DNA of 64,000 bases. Origin: a virus. Lineage: Duplodnaviria > Caudoviricetes. The stretch lies in the IMG/VR virus record IMGVR_UViG_3300042540_000565, positions 2,018 to 66,017 of that record; one strand, written 5' to 3'. The notes under the pieces were generated by a model. That model was not told the DNA's origin. It saw only the letters and a program-made list of their open reading frames with translations, and searched no databases. A program made the position numbers and the translations under genes. This document shows positions 11,601 to 20,800 of the stretch, piece by piece (position 1 is the first letter of the stretch; each line of letters starts with the position of its first letter).

Positions 11601-13624
11601 GAGATGTAAGTCAAGGTGAAGCTACTTGTGCTTTTGTGGATAAACAATATGACAAAAACGCTAATCCAAATGGAGGGCAAAATGAATTTCAACTTGCAGT
11701 AGGATTCCCTAATAGTTTATATAATATAAATGATAGATATTTTATAGTTAATAATACTCAGAATATTAATAAAATACAAAACTTTAATACATGCTTTTTT
11801 AGCGCAAGTGATTTAGGAGCATTCCCGTCTTATATAAGGCAACTAACATGTATGTTCGCTTGTAGAAGCAGGGCAGATATTACTTATTCATTCAATGATG
11901 AATCTACAACACATTCTTCCGATCAATATTTCACACTAAAAAATTACGTAATACGTCCATATAGATGGAGAGACCAACAGTTTGTTAATGGAGCCGATGC
12001 TGTTTATACAGATAATAATATGTGGTTAGAGTATAAGGATGACTATGGAAATGAGTTTGAGTTGTGGGGTTATGGTGGCTTCCGCTTTATCCATAATGTA
12101 AACCTTGATTACTCTAAAGACCTAACCGATGGCATTGCCCTTACATCTATTCCTGAAGTTGGCTTTGTTGAAGAAAATGATTTTTGTACTCGTATTGCAT
12201 GGTCACTACCAAGACCTATCAATACTCAAAATACGCCAGGACTAAGAACATTCTTATCTCAAAACTACTTCGATATTTCTGATGATACAGGAGAGATTAA
12301 GTTTGCTTATGACTCTTTATCCGGAAAAGGAAATAACCTTTATGCCTTCACCCAAGATGGTGCTTGTTTACTATTAGTAGACAAAAGAATCATCTCTGAA
12401 ATTAATGCTGATGAGTTGGCTACTGCTGGAAGTGATATTGGAGGAATCCTTGGTGAATATTGGTTAAGTAAGGAAATAGGGATGAACGATGAGTTTTGGA
12501 GATCTGCAGCTGACTATAATAATATTTTATATTTTGCTAATAGACAATCTGCCTATTCTATGGCGGACAACAATATCAGAGACATCGCTAAGGTAAAATA
12601 TCACTCTAAGCTTTATCCTGACTTTTTAAGAGATTTCGCTCCGGGGTATGACTCTAAACTATCTGCTACATACGATGTTTTACATGATGAATATTGGATA
12701 ACCTTTGGTAAGCGTGAGCCACTCGATGTTGAATGGTGTATGGTAGGAGGCGCTTATAATCTTACTGATAGCGAATATTTCCCAAACAATCCCGCATTTG
12801 GATATAACTGCTTTACATACAATATTGGTATTAATGCTAATCAAACATTGAACGTACTTACTCGTCCGTTATCAAATAATACTTTGATATTAGGAGGGGC
12901 AAGTGCAACAATGCTTACCGAGTCTGTTCAGATTTGCTCTATGGAAAATAGTGCTACTCCTCTACAGATTGCTTATAACGATTATTCATCTTCGTTACCT
13001 GTAAGTATTGTTATTGCTACACTTGCTCCTGGTGAGTGTATTTGTATCGATCCTGTACCAACACGAGGTGATGAATATACCTTTGTAACGAGAGAATGTA
13101 CTCCATTTATGGATTACGATTGCCCTACCGTTTCTTATGCTCAAAAATTAAGTCAAGGTAATGGCGGATGGAATGGAAGTTTCGATTATAAGTTTGATAA
13201 ATATGTCTATGTAGGCAATAAGGTTTATGGTATGCGTAACCTTGAGACGTATGAGTTAAATAAAGGGTATATCATAAATGGTGATCCGATTATTGGGGTT
13301 CTTTTATCTTGTATGTCTAATCCTCCATTTATCGACAAGGAATTTGTAAGGATAAGAATCAATAGTGACAATAAGCCTACGGCTGTACAATTTTTCAACA
13401 CTCTTACTCAGGCGTTAAATGACGATGTTCAGGCGGAATTAGATACGACAACCAATGCTTTAGCCTTAAAAGACTATCGCGGATTTGAACAATATATACC
13501 AAGAAAGACTGCTGCGCCAAATAATCGTATGCAAGGTCGTATTGTCATTTATAAAATTATTCATAATTTAGAGGAAGATTTCAAGATAGTAACTGTAGGT
13601 TTACAATATAAACCGATTAAATAA
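8678..13624 (+). CDS. Tail muzzle/nozzle (stabilisation) protein
   Basis: 1648 aa, beta-rich; N-terminal GANRDLEDELV..DGSYIDACNFRV motif of crAss-type muzzle proteins; C-terminal DKEFVRIRINSD...RMQGR..YKI. Confidence 0.8.
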   Translation: MPKQQHWTYDIRTLNNGANRDLEDELVFLEDGSYIDACNFRVVSMGGDYAAAKKINGEELLYPNIDNRCNGGTGAALSANYECIGAAEINDHIIEFWADSASVEPSLIRIDGQIVLYSVDFPLTYNHLLQIAKNESCIGGEIYITDDNVPPMIFNIEDLMEKSAMINNGICSEKYFTEFNLAEHQLQVTNPIDHPVFIKLTSNQSGYNAVFGSGGLPVGTYSYQIRYSTTAGDKTIWSVPTPLIPVVSRLSAGCSPTFPNMQTHGKDPDTSSPSLYGIHLKFRVNNINNFDFMEIRRNSFNAGDPFGVLPVSELIGSINITNGLVGVFNILDNGSQAEESLSPDEAAESMGAIQKAKAIRYFNGKLYLMNIEYASRDVSNDITFVDAGPTSMFPIVEKIYKAGLKDAWKYTYNRPYMDGEKYGFAAVLYDDNNQFTYAVPITDFENFQMPDRRDVPSADTINHSYFGMSDAARIDGTIGESHEIFDLDNAVSKSDACSFLNILNTSGSGKSFGFDAYNVFELGCSPSGDVSTNSIGFKPLTPTSQNDFRCDGTDYVVNTWISNNMGLTRKEYNPQGFAPNYYSAGMALKGLESYPDWAKAFSIVRTAPAKRVVAQGIGYYSLTDDRSKDTNEFWFYSPDTDAGTSLEPGIVTDLMDNPQNYSVELVSPLGFFTEVYSSNFDLVRNSGVDLITYARIIKENANNPQMNPDEDPLRGITSGNDAYTCFGAWRAPISGTNIFPNGNATGLVGKTIMSVSDVTDNRTQYLKLRLSSNVYNTPSSIFTNGDNSFVRKWHEPLYIVNIVRRVADIADSNIQNYIHTGHYQKIESLVGISDGSNGQVFDLVDERWEDCMPSINGMVTNPYSGLFRFVHIDYGDEIKKRWINSSNLTIAQLTNIYAQLTASGVATIIEPVTLESFQVYGVYSQSQTTDSTAPVYRLNFQQLTATVSSVYFNPPATSKIYVLYDNRIPVRFFGGDVSQGEATCAFVDKQYDKNANPNGGQNEFQLAVGFPNSLYNINDRYFIVNNTQNINKIQNFNTCFFSASDLGAFPSYIRQLTCMFACRSRADITYSFNDESTTHSSDQYFTLKNYVIRPYRWRDQQFVNGADAVYTDNNMWLEYKDDYGNEFELWGYGGFRFIHNVNLDYSKDLTDGIALTSIPEVGFVEENDFCTRIAWSLPRPINTQNTPGLRTFLSQNYFDISDDTGEIKFAYDSLSGKGNNLYAFTQDGACLLLVDKRIISEINADELATAGSDIGGILGEYWLSKEIGMNDEFWRSAADYNNILYFANRQSAYSMADNNIRDIAKVKYHSKLYPDFLRDFAPGYDSKLSATYDVLHDEYWITFGKREPLDVEWCMVGGAYNLTDSEYFPNNPAFGYNCFTYNIGINANQTLNVLTRPLSNNTLILGGASATMLTESVQICSMENSATPLQIAYNDYSSSLPVSIVIATLAPGECICIDPVPTRGDEYTFVTRECTPFMDYDCPTVSYAQKLSQGNGGWNGSFDYKFDKYVYVGNKVYGMRNLETYELNKGYIINGDPIIGVLLSCMSNPPFIDKEFVRIRINSDNKPTAVQFFNTLTQALNDDVQAELDTTTNALALKDYRGFEQYIPRKTAAPNNRMQGRIVIYKIIHNLEEDFKIVTVGLQYKPIK

Positions 13625-14109
13625 TGGAAATAGCAATTATAGAAAATAAAGACTACTACTCTACGATTAAAAAAGCGTGGGAGTCGGATATTTCTATTAC
13701 AGAAAAGTGGCATATAAAGTCTGGGGCAGGTATTGAAAACTGTGTAAACGATACAGTTGAAGTTCTAAATACAGATGTTGACAAGTCATTTTTATTATAC
13801 AGCGTTATTAAAGACGGGGTAAATATTGGTTTTTTTGGAGTAGAGAATAATATTATTAATCAATCATTTTTAACTACTTTTTTTATTTTTCCAGAATTTA
13901 GAGAAGCTAATAAAGTTGAGTTTTGGAAAACAATAAATAAAACCATTGGCTCAGATTTTAATACTTGTATCTATGAGAAAAACCATAGAGCTATAAAGTG
14001 GCTAAAGAAAAACGGAGCTACTGAAGAACAGAAGATTAAGCTCCCAAAAGGGACAGGAGTTATATTAACATTTAAAAAAGAAATATTATGCCAGCAGGAG
14101 GACTATTAA
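13624..14109 (+). CDS. GNAT-fold protein (position of T7 gp13-like internal virion/assembly protein)
   Basis: IGFFGV...FLTTFFIFPEFR...CIYEKNHRAIKWLKKNG matches GNAT motifs A and B. Confidence 0.65.
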   Translation: MEIAIIENKDYYSTIKKAWESDISITEKWHIKSGAGIENCVNDTVEVLNTDVDKSFLLYSVIKDGVNIGFFGVENNIINQSFLTTFFIFPEFREANKVEFWKTINKTIGSDFNTCIYEKNHRAIKWLKKNGATEEQKIKLPKGTGVILTFKKEILCQQEDY

Positions 14110-15017
14110 CAGCCGGAGCATTAGCAGCCGCAGCAGGAGGCACAGCAGCCGCAACAGGTGGAGCTGCTGCCGCAGGTGGAGCATTAGCAGCTGGCGGAGC
14201 AGCCGCGGCAGGAGGCGGAGCGGCCGCAGCTGGTGGAGCGGGTATTTTTAGTAAACTCCTAAGTAGTGGTTTAGGAAAAGGAATAAGTAACCTTGCTTCA
14301 GGAATAAATAAAGATTCTGCAGGTATGCTATCTATGGGAATGGGTGCAGTTAAAAACCTTCAGGCAAATATACAACAACGCAAGGCTAACGCTATGTTCC
14401 CCTCCAACGAGGATCCGGAACTAAGGATGCTTGCTAATGATTTCAGAAGACGTAAGCGTGCCTTTCAAACAGGTACAGCTATGACTGCTGAGTTGGCTAA
14501 CCAAAGAGCCTTAGCTAAACAAGGGCAGAATGCTGCTTTTAGAGCTGGTGGAGGGTCTGCTGGATTAAATAGAATGCAACAGATGCTCGGACAGGCTATG
14601 CTTGGAAACAAGGAAGCCGGACTGAAGGGTGAAATGTTTTATGCTGAAAAATTTGGTGATGTAACAAATACTCTTGCTCAAACAAGATTACAGAAGGCTT
14701 TAGCTAAGTACTCACAGGCTAACGCAACGGCTACGCAGACGAAGACGGATGCTAACCGAATGACCAATCTTGGATTGATGAGAACAATGGGATTAGGTCC
14801 GGATGGAAAACCACTTGCTGCTCCAACAGATACAACTACGACTGATGCAGGAACAACTCCTACTACATCTGCTTTTAATCCTGCCTTTACTCCGGGTGAT
14901 GTATCTTCCGCTACTCAATTGAGTGGTAATGTTGGATTAAATTCCGGTAATGTAAATATGTACACTAAGAAGAATGATTTTTACAATACTACTAATGTTT
15001 TACAAGGCTTTAAATAA
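14088..15017 (+). CDS. Ejection (internal virion) protein 1
   Basis: Gly/Ala-rich hydrophobic N-terminus followed by Q/A-rich helices; first of three genes of increasing size after the tail genes. Confidence 0.7.
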   Translation: MPAGGLLTAGALAAAAGGTAAATGGAAAAGGALAAGGAAAAGGGAAAAGGAGIFSKLLSSGLGKGISNLASGINKDSAGMLSMGMGAVKNLQANIQQRKANAMFPSNEDPELRMLANDFRRRKRAFQTGTAMTAELANQRALAKQGQNAAFRAGGGSAGLNRMQQMLGQAMLGNKEAGLKGEMFYAEKFGDVTNTLAQTRLQKALAKYSQANATATQTKTDANRMTNLGLMRTMGLGPDGKPLAAPTDTTTTDAGTTPTTSAFNPAFTPGDVSSATQLSGNVGLNSGNVNMYTKKNDFYNTTNVLQGFK

Positions 15018-15019
15018 TT

Positions 15020-17812
15020 ATGGCAAAGAAAGATAGATTAGCAAGAAGAGCCGAGAAAAAGGCAGCTCAAGAAATAAAGATGCCCACCCAAGCTGATGTA
15101 GATGCTCAGAAGCAAAAATCTTTGGCTGAGGGGGCTTATACAATTAATCCCGATACAGGGAAGCCTGTTGTTCCTGCTACTCCTGCTGTAGAGCCAATGC
15201 AACGGGTAGAGTCTACAAATTTCGAGTCATCTGATTGGTGGTATCAGCTTGGCAAACCTTTAGGAAAGGTAAGTGGTCTGAAGTTTACAACCTCTGCTGA
15301 AGATGTAGCAACAGGTAAGCCGCTTATCACTGCTACGGAGGAGGAACAGGTGGCGTGGGGTAAAAAATATCCAGAAAAAAACAAAAAAGAATGGAGTGAA
15401 TCACCATACCCAAGTTTTGCCGCGACAGGTGGTCCCGAAAGCGAAACAAAAGGCGTAAAAACTTTAGCAGAAAATCTTCCTACATACGGAGGGTATATTA
15501 CTAACAAATACGGGAGAGAAGGTGCTCTTTCTGATATTGAGGGCAATTTTATTGACAAATATTGGTATGGTAGTCGAAAATTTAGTGACGAACAAATTGA
15601 TGCCCAAATAAAAATAGACGCTCAAAAAATAGCCGATGCTGATGCGAAAATAGAGGCTGATGCTGCCATCGCTAAAATGGGGGCGGGTGGAGATAGTCAG
15701 ATTGTAAAAGCAATAAATCAAACCGAGGAGCAATTAAAGACCGCCAACTCAAGCGTAGCAGATGAGACAATGAAAGAGTCTCTTGGTTTAAATTCTCCCA
15801 TTAGCCCCGCTATCGCTGCGGCTGTAGAGAAATCTGAAACCACAGGCGCTCCAATCGAAGTAACCACTGAGGATATTAGAAAAGTAAATGAGGCTATAGA
15901 TTCGGAAGATTACTATAGTATGAGTCCTGAAGAACAAAGACAATTAGAGGCATATAGTAAACTATTGAATGATCCCAAAACGAAAATTAGGAAGTCGGAA
16001 CCCGCCATTGAAAAGTTAGGGGTACAGGATTACTACCCTGATATGAATCAAGGTATTCAGGAAGGGTCTTATTCGGGTAGTATTGTAGGCTCTATTCCAA
16101 TTTATACCGCTAAGGGTGGTGTTTTACCTATCGGAGTTTTTGATGCCCGTAAACGAGCTGTTGAGGCTGAGGCTGTGAAAGCAAAGAAAACAAAGGAAGA
16201 TTTAATAGAATTAGCTAAAGTAAAAACAGCTCCCCAATATCAACAGGCAGCTGATAATTTAGCTTTTGGTATACTGGATAAGTATTTAAACATGGCAAAT
16301 GGAGATGCTTCTGTATTGATGGACCCAACTAATCCTATTGGGATGAGGGTACAAAAGGAGCTTAATAAGGTTAACAATATTAAACAGGAAGCAGATTGGT
16401 TAGAGAAGAGAGGTCAAGAGTTACTAAAGGCTATCAATGACGAAAAGATGTATGTTCCTAATGAATCTAAGGAGGTTCTTAAGCAATGGCTTGGAGGAAA
16501 CTATTCAATGGAAGAATTAATGAATAACAAAAAGGCATTAAAAGATTTTCACAACATATACAACACTCTAAAGATAAACGATAACGAAACTTATGTTATT
16601 GGTCAACATTTTTTAAAATGGAAACAAGATATTGCTCCTATTGTTGCTGACTTTAACGCAAGTATAGAGGCGCTTCCTGCCGATAAATACAATGAATTAG
16701 TAGCTATTAAAGCTCGTGGGAATAATGATATGTTCATGCAGGCTGCACTTAAGTATATGCCGACTACGAGATTAGCAGTTTTAGCCAAAAACCTATATAG
16801 TACAGGTGAGTTCACAATGGGAGAGACAGCCTTTAACACTTATTTAGGCTCTTGGTTTAACAACGAAATTATTACTAAGTTAGATATTAGGGATAGTGGA
16901 CGACTTCAAGAAAGAAAATTCCAATATCAAAAAGAGAAGGATCAACAGGATAAAATATTCGAAAACCTAAAGATAAATACGCTTAACGTAGATAATCAAA
17001 ATGCTATTCTTAAAGCTGCCCAATCATCTACCAAACCAGGAGATAATACCTTTTTATTTAACACCATAAAAAAACTTAATGGATGGGGAGATGTTAGGGA
17101 AAATAATAATGGTGTGCTTGTTCAAACAATAGACACTAAGCCGATGCAGGGTAAAGAAAGTTTTACAACATTTGCTGACGCAGATAAAATTCTAATTGGA
17201 GGTAAATGGCAAACTCCACAAGAAGTGAAAAATAAATACAAGTCATATTCTAAATATTTAGTAGATGATGTCGTTGACGGGAAAGTGGTTGGTAAGGAAT
17301 TAAGCCCCTATCTAATGCAGCTTGATGGTGTTGCTGTACCAAAAACAAAAGAGGAAATTAATTTAATAAAATATGGTTCGGCTACAGGATGGAGTGACAA
17401 TATGCAATTTGATACAAAAGTTGAAAAAGGAAACACATACCGAGCTTATCCCGACCCTGAAACCGGCAAGCTTATTCCAATGACTGCAGAAGATTATAAG
17501 GACGAAATTAAGTTAGCGAATTCAAGACCAATGGTTACAATTTATGAGTCATCAGGAAAGAAAACGGAAAGTGGATTTGCTCCTACTTTTACATCAGTAA
17601 AGGTAGTAGACTTAACTAATACTACTTCTACAGCTGGATTAGATGCTTTTTATATAAAAGAAAATGTTCCATATAGTGCTGCATTCGACATAACGGACAA
17701 AGGAACCCCTTCAGATGACGATGCAGTTGGTGGAGATGCTGGTAATAGCGCTGCTGCTGATCCAGTAATAAATTTCTTAAATGATCCTGTAGTAGAAGAA
17801 CAACAAGAATAA
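15020..17812 (+). CDS. Ejection (internal virion) protein 2
   Basis: 930 aa, largely helical, in the ejection-protein position. Confidence 0.6.
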   Translation: MAKKDRLARRAEKKAAQEIKMPTQADVDAQKQKSLAEGAYTINPDTGKPVVPATPAVEPMQRVESTNFESSDWWYQLGKPLGKVSGLKFTTSAEDVATGKPLITATEEEQVAWGKKYPEKNKKEWSESPYPSFAATGGPESETKGVKTLAENLPTYGGYITNKYGREGALSDIEGNFIDKYWYGSRKFSDEQIDAQIKIDAQKIADADAKIEADAAIAKMGAGGDSQIVKAINQTEEQLKTANSSVADETMKESLGLNSPISPAIAAAVEKSETTGAPIEVTTEDIRKVNEAIDSEDYYSMSPEEQRQLEAYSKLLNDPKTKIRKSEPAIEKLGVQDYYPDMNQGIQEGSYSGSIVGSIPIYTAKGGVLPIGVFDARKRAVEAEAVKAKKTKEDLIELAKVKTAPQYQQAADNLAFGILDKYLNMANGDASVLMDPTNPIGMRVQKELNKVNNIKQEADWLEKRGQELLKAINDEKMYVPNESKEVLKQWLGGNYSMEELMNNKKALKDFHNIYNTLKINDNETYVIGQHFLKWKQDIAPIVADFNASIEALPADKYNELVAIKARGNNDMFMQAALKYMPTTRLAVLAKNLYSTGEFTMGETAFNTYLGSWFNNEIITKLDIRDSGRLQERKFQYQKEKDQQDKIFENLKINTLNVDNQNAILKAAQSSTKPGDNTFLFNTIKKLNGWGDVRENNNGVLVQTIDTKPMQGKESFTTFADADKILIGGKWQTPQEVKNKYKSYSKYLVDDVVDGKVVGKELSPYLMQLDGVAVPKTKEEINLIKYGSATGWSDNMQFDTKVEKGNTYRAYPDPETGKLIPMTAEDYKDEIKLANSRPMVTIYESSGKKTESGFAPTFTSVKVVDLTNTTSTAGLDAFYIKENVPYSAAFDITDKGTPSDDDAVGGDAGNSAAADPVINFLNDPVVEEQQE

Positions 17813-17814
17813 CT

Positions 17815-20800
17815 ATGAATGACCAATTATTAAATGAGGTTGTAAACTCACAAACCGCAGGTATTCCTGTTGTTAAAGCAGATGTTTTACCTAAGAATAT
17901 AAAGCCTGTACAAACACAACCCGCATCACAACCGGTTGTTCCTACTCCTACTCCCGCCCCTACTCCTGTAGTAGAAGGAGGAGAAGATAAGGTTGTACAA
18001 TCAAAACCGGCACAACAAACTCAATCTTTTCAGATTAATGAAGAGATAGCTCGTCCATTATATGAACAGGCAAATAGATATGCTCGTAATATTCAAGGAT
18101 TACAAAAAGATTTAGATTATAATAGTTTTGTATCTAAGTATCTTTCTTCTCCCGAAACCGCATCAAATTACTATAAGGCTGTTGTAGGCATGTCGAGAGA
18201 AATACCCATCAAGGTAGATCTTGGTGGTTCACAAAACTTTCTAAAAAAACTATACATCACTCCCGAAGCGGAGGCTGCCGCAGTTAATAATGTTGCGCCA
18301 CAAAATAATCTTGCCACAATAAAGCAACAGGCTGATAAAAAGATTGAGGAAGTTACTTCAAAGTTTGGTTTAAAGATGGCGGGTGAACCCGAAAATATTC
18401 AACAAACAATGGGTACGGTTAAGGATGAAAGTAAGACAGAAGGTGGCTGGGCTGAGAAGACTCGCGAATGGGGGCAGGAACAACCGAAAGAAAAAAACAC
18501 AGAACCCCTTGTTGGCATTTCATTAGGTGAAGACGGTGCTTGGTCTGGTGGCCGTGTAAAAGATAGTCGTCCAGAGGCAGAAAGGGAGTTTATGCCTAAT
18601 AACGGAGATCTAACCTTTGAGGAATTTAAAGAATCTGTTTCCTCTATTGGCGGGGATGGCCAGAAGTACTATTTGGTGGCAGATTTAATCAACGGGAAAG
18701 AATACTCAATGGAAGACGCTCTTAAGATTGCCTACAAAGAAAGACTGATGACGCCTGAAGCTCGAAAGAAGATGAAAGACCTTACCCTAAAGAATTATTC
18801 CGAGAAGATGGTTAATCCATTAGCGGAGGGGGATTTTGGACCTACGGTTAGTGGTTTACCTTCAAAACCGGAATTTGACTTTACAGATTTCAGCACAAAA
18901 GGCTTGCTTGATTATGGCAATAAAGTAGAAGAATATAATGCACAAATAGCCAACGCTCTACAATGGAATGATAGTGATAGAGAAAAGTATGGTGCTACCC
19001 CTATAATAAAATTAAAGACACCAGAAAAAGTTGATTCTCCTATTTATGATTGGGAATCAAAAGTGGTAAAGAATGGATCATTTACTGATTATTGGAGTAG
19101 TGTTCCTGATAATGTTACCATGATGGATGTTGATAATTATCAAAAAGGATGGGGAACAGTTACAAAAGCGCCAGCTACACTACAAAAAATTGTTGATGAT
19201 TACTATAAGGTAATGCTTAATACAGATAAGCAACGAGCTTACGACATCTTTAAGATGAGAGAACGTGTTGATCAAGGAGGTTGGAATATTAGTAAAGACA
19301 AGTTAGCTATGGATTTCTTAAAGGAAAAACCCACATGGGGAGATTTTTTGGGAGCCATTAAAGACAATATATTAACTATAGGTGGGGATAAGGGGGGTGT
19401 TATATCTAAAGTGGCTAAGTATGTTGGTAGCGGAAAAATGAATGAATCCTTTTCAATGGAGGATTTTGATATGCTAACAAAAATGGGAGCTTCAAAAGAT
19501 GCTCCAGAGACTCAATTAAATATTTTAAGAGAAGCTTTTGCTAATCAAAAGCAAGCTGTTTACGGGGAATATTTACAGAAGAAAAAGGAAGGTATCGATT
19601 ATTCTGAACAGACAGCTAAGGCTTTTGATGCTATTGATAAGCAATGGGCGCTCATGGTTAATGACCCATCTAATCAAGATAAGGTTTTAAATCAAATGAT
19701 GAAAGAGGATGTGGATTATCTGGACTATTTAGATAAAAAAGCAGACGAAGATTGGCAGAAAAAGATTGAAGCAAAAAGACGTAAAGAAAACCCTCTTAGA
19801 GCATCTATTCAATATGATGTTGTAATGCCTGTAAAATACGGTGCAGAATATGGTGCAATTAGTTTGATGTCTGATATTGTAAATCTAACGGGAAAATTAA
19901 CTAACGATTTTTTAGCTATTCCAGGAGCTAAAGAAGGAACTGATTTTGCTATAAAAAAGTTTGAAGAAGAATTACCCGAAAGATTAACAAGATCTATCCT
20001 TCCAGATGAAGGGGGTATAGATTATGGTATGCTTTTATTTCATACCGCAAAAGTTACAACAGAAATGGTTGGAACAATGGGGGCCGCAAGAGGATTTTCG
20101 TTCCTTGGTAGGGGAGCTAAAGCTTTAGGTACTCCAGATGCGATAGCAGGTAGAATTCCTGTTATTGCTGCAACTATCACGCAATATGGTGACGACACTT
20201 TTAGGTCGGCTAAACAAGCTGCTCTTGACAATGGTTTTTCAGAGGAGTATTCAGATATGTTAGCTACTGATTACCGCAATACAGCCCTACCTATGGCTGC
20301 ACTTATTGAATCAATGGTTGGATTTCCTTTTTCTAAAGGTATTGGAAATAAAATGAAGGCAGATTTTTCTGCTCTTTTAAAGACAGAAAAGAATCCATTT
20401 TCAGCTATTTATAAAGCGACAACATCTAATGGAATAAGAGTATTAAAAGAGATTGGAGAGCAATCTATAGAAGAGGTTTCCGCAGAAGCTTCTGACCGTG
20501 TTAGTAATCTTAAATTAAATAAAAGAACAGGCAAGACATTATTAGATGATGATTTGTCTTTTTCTGAAACATTAGAAACAGTTATGATAGCCGGAACATC
20601 TACTGTGGCTGTCGGTTTGGCAAAAGGAGAATTAATAAAACCAACGCTAACTCAACAGGCAGCTGTATGGCAAGCCATGAGTGATCCTGATAAATTTAAT
20701 GAACAGGTTTCTATTTGGGAAAAAGATGGCAAAATAGAGAAGTGGCAAGGGACAGCTATGAAAACAGCTATTAAAGATTTAAAGTCAGCTATGACAGGTC

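Noticed and set aside
14100-14240. GC-rich short repeats as a CRISPR array or VNTR
   Set aside because: They encode the Gly/Ala-rich N-terminus of an ejection protein; there are no constant repeats with unique spacers.
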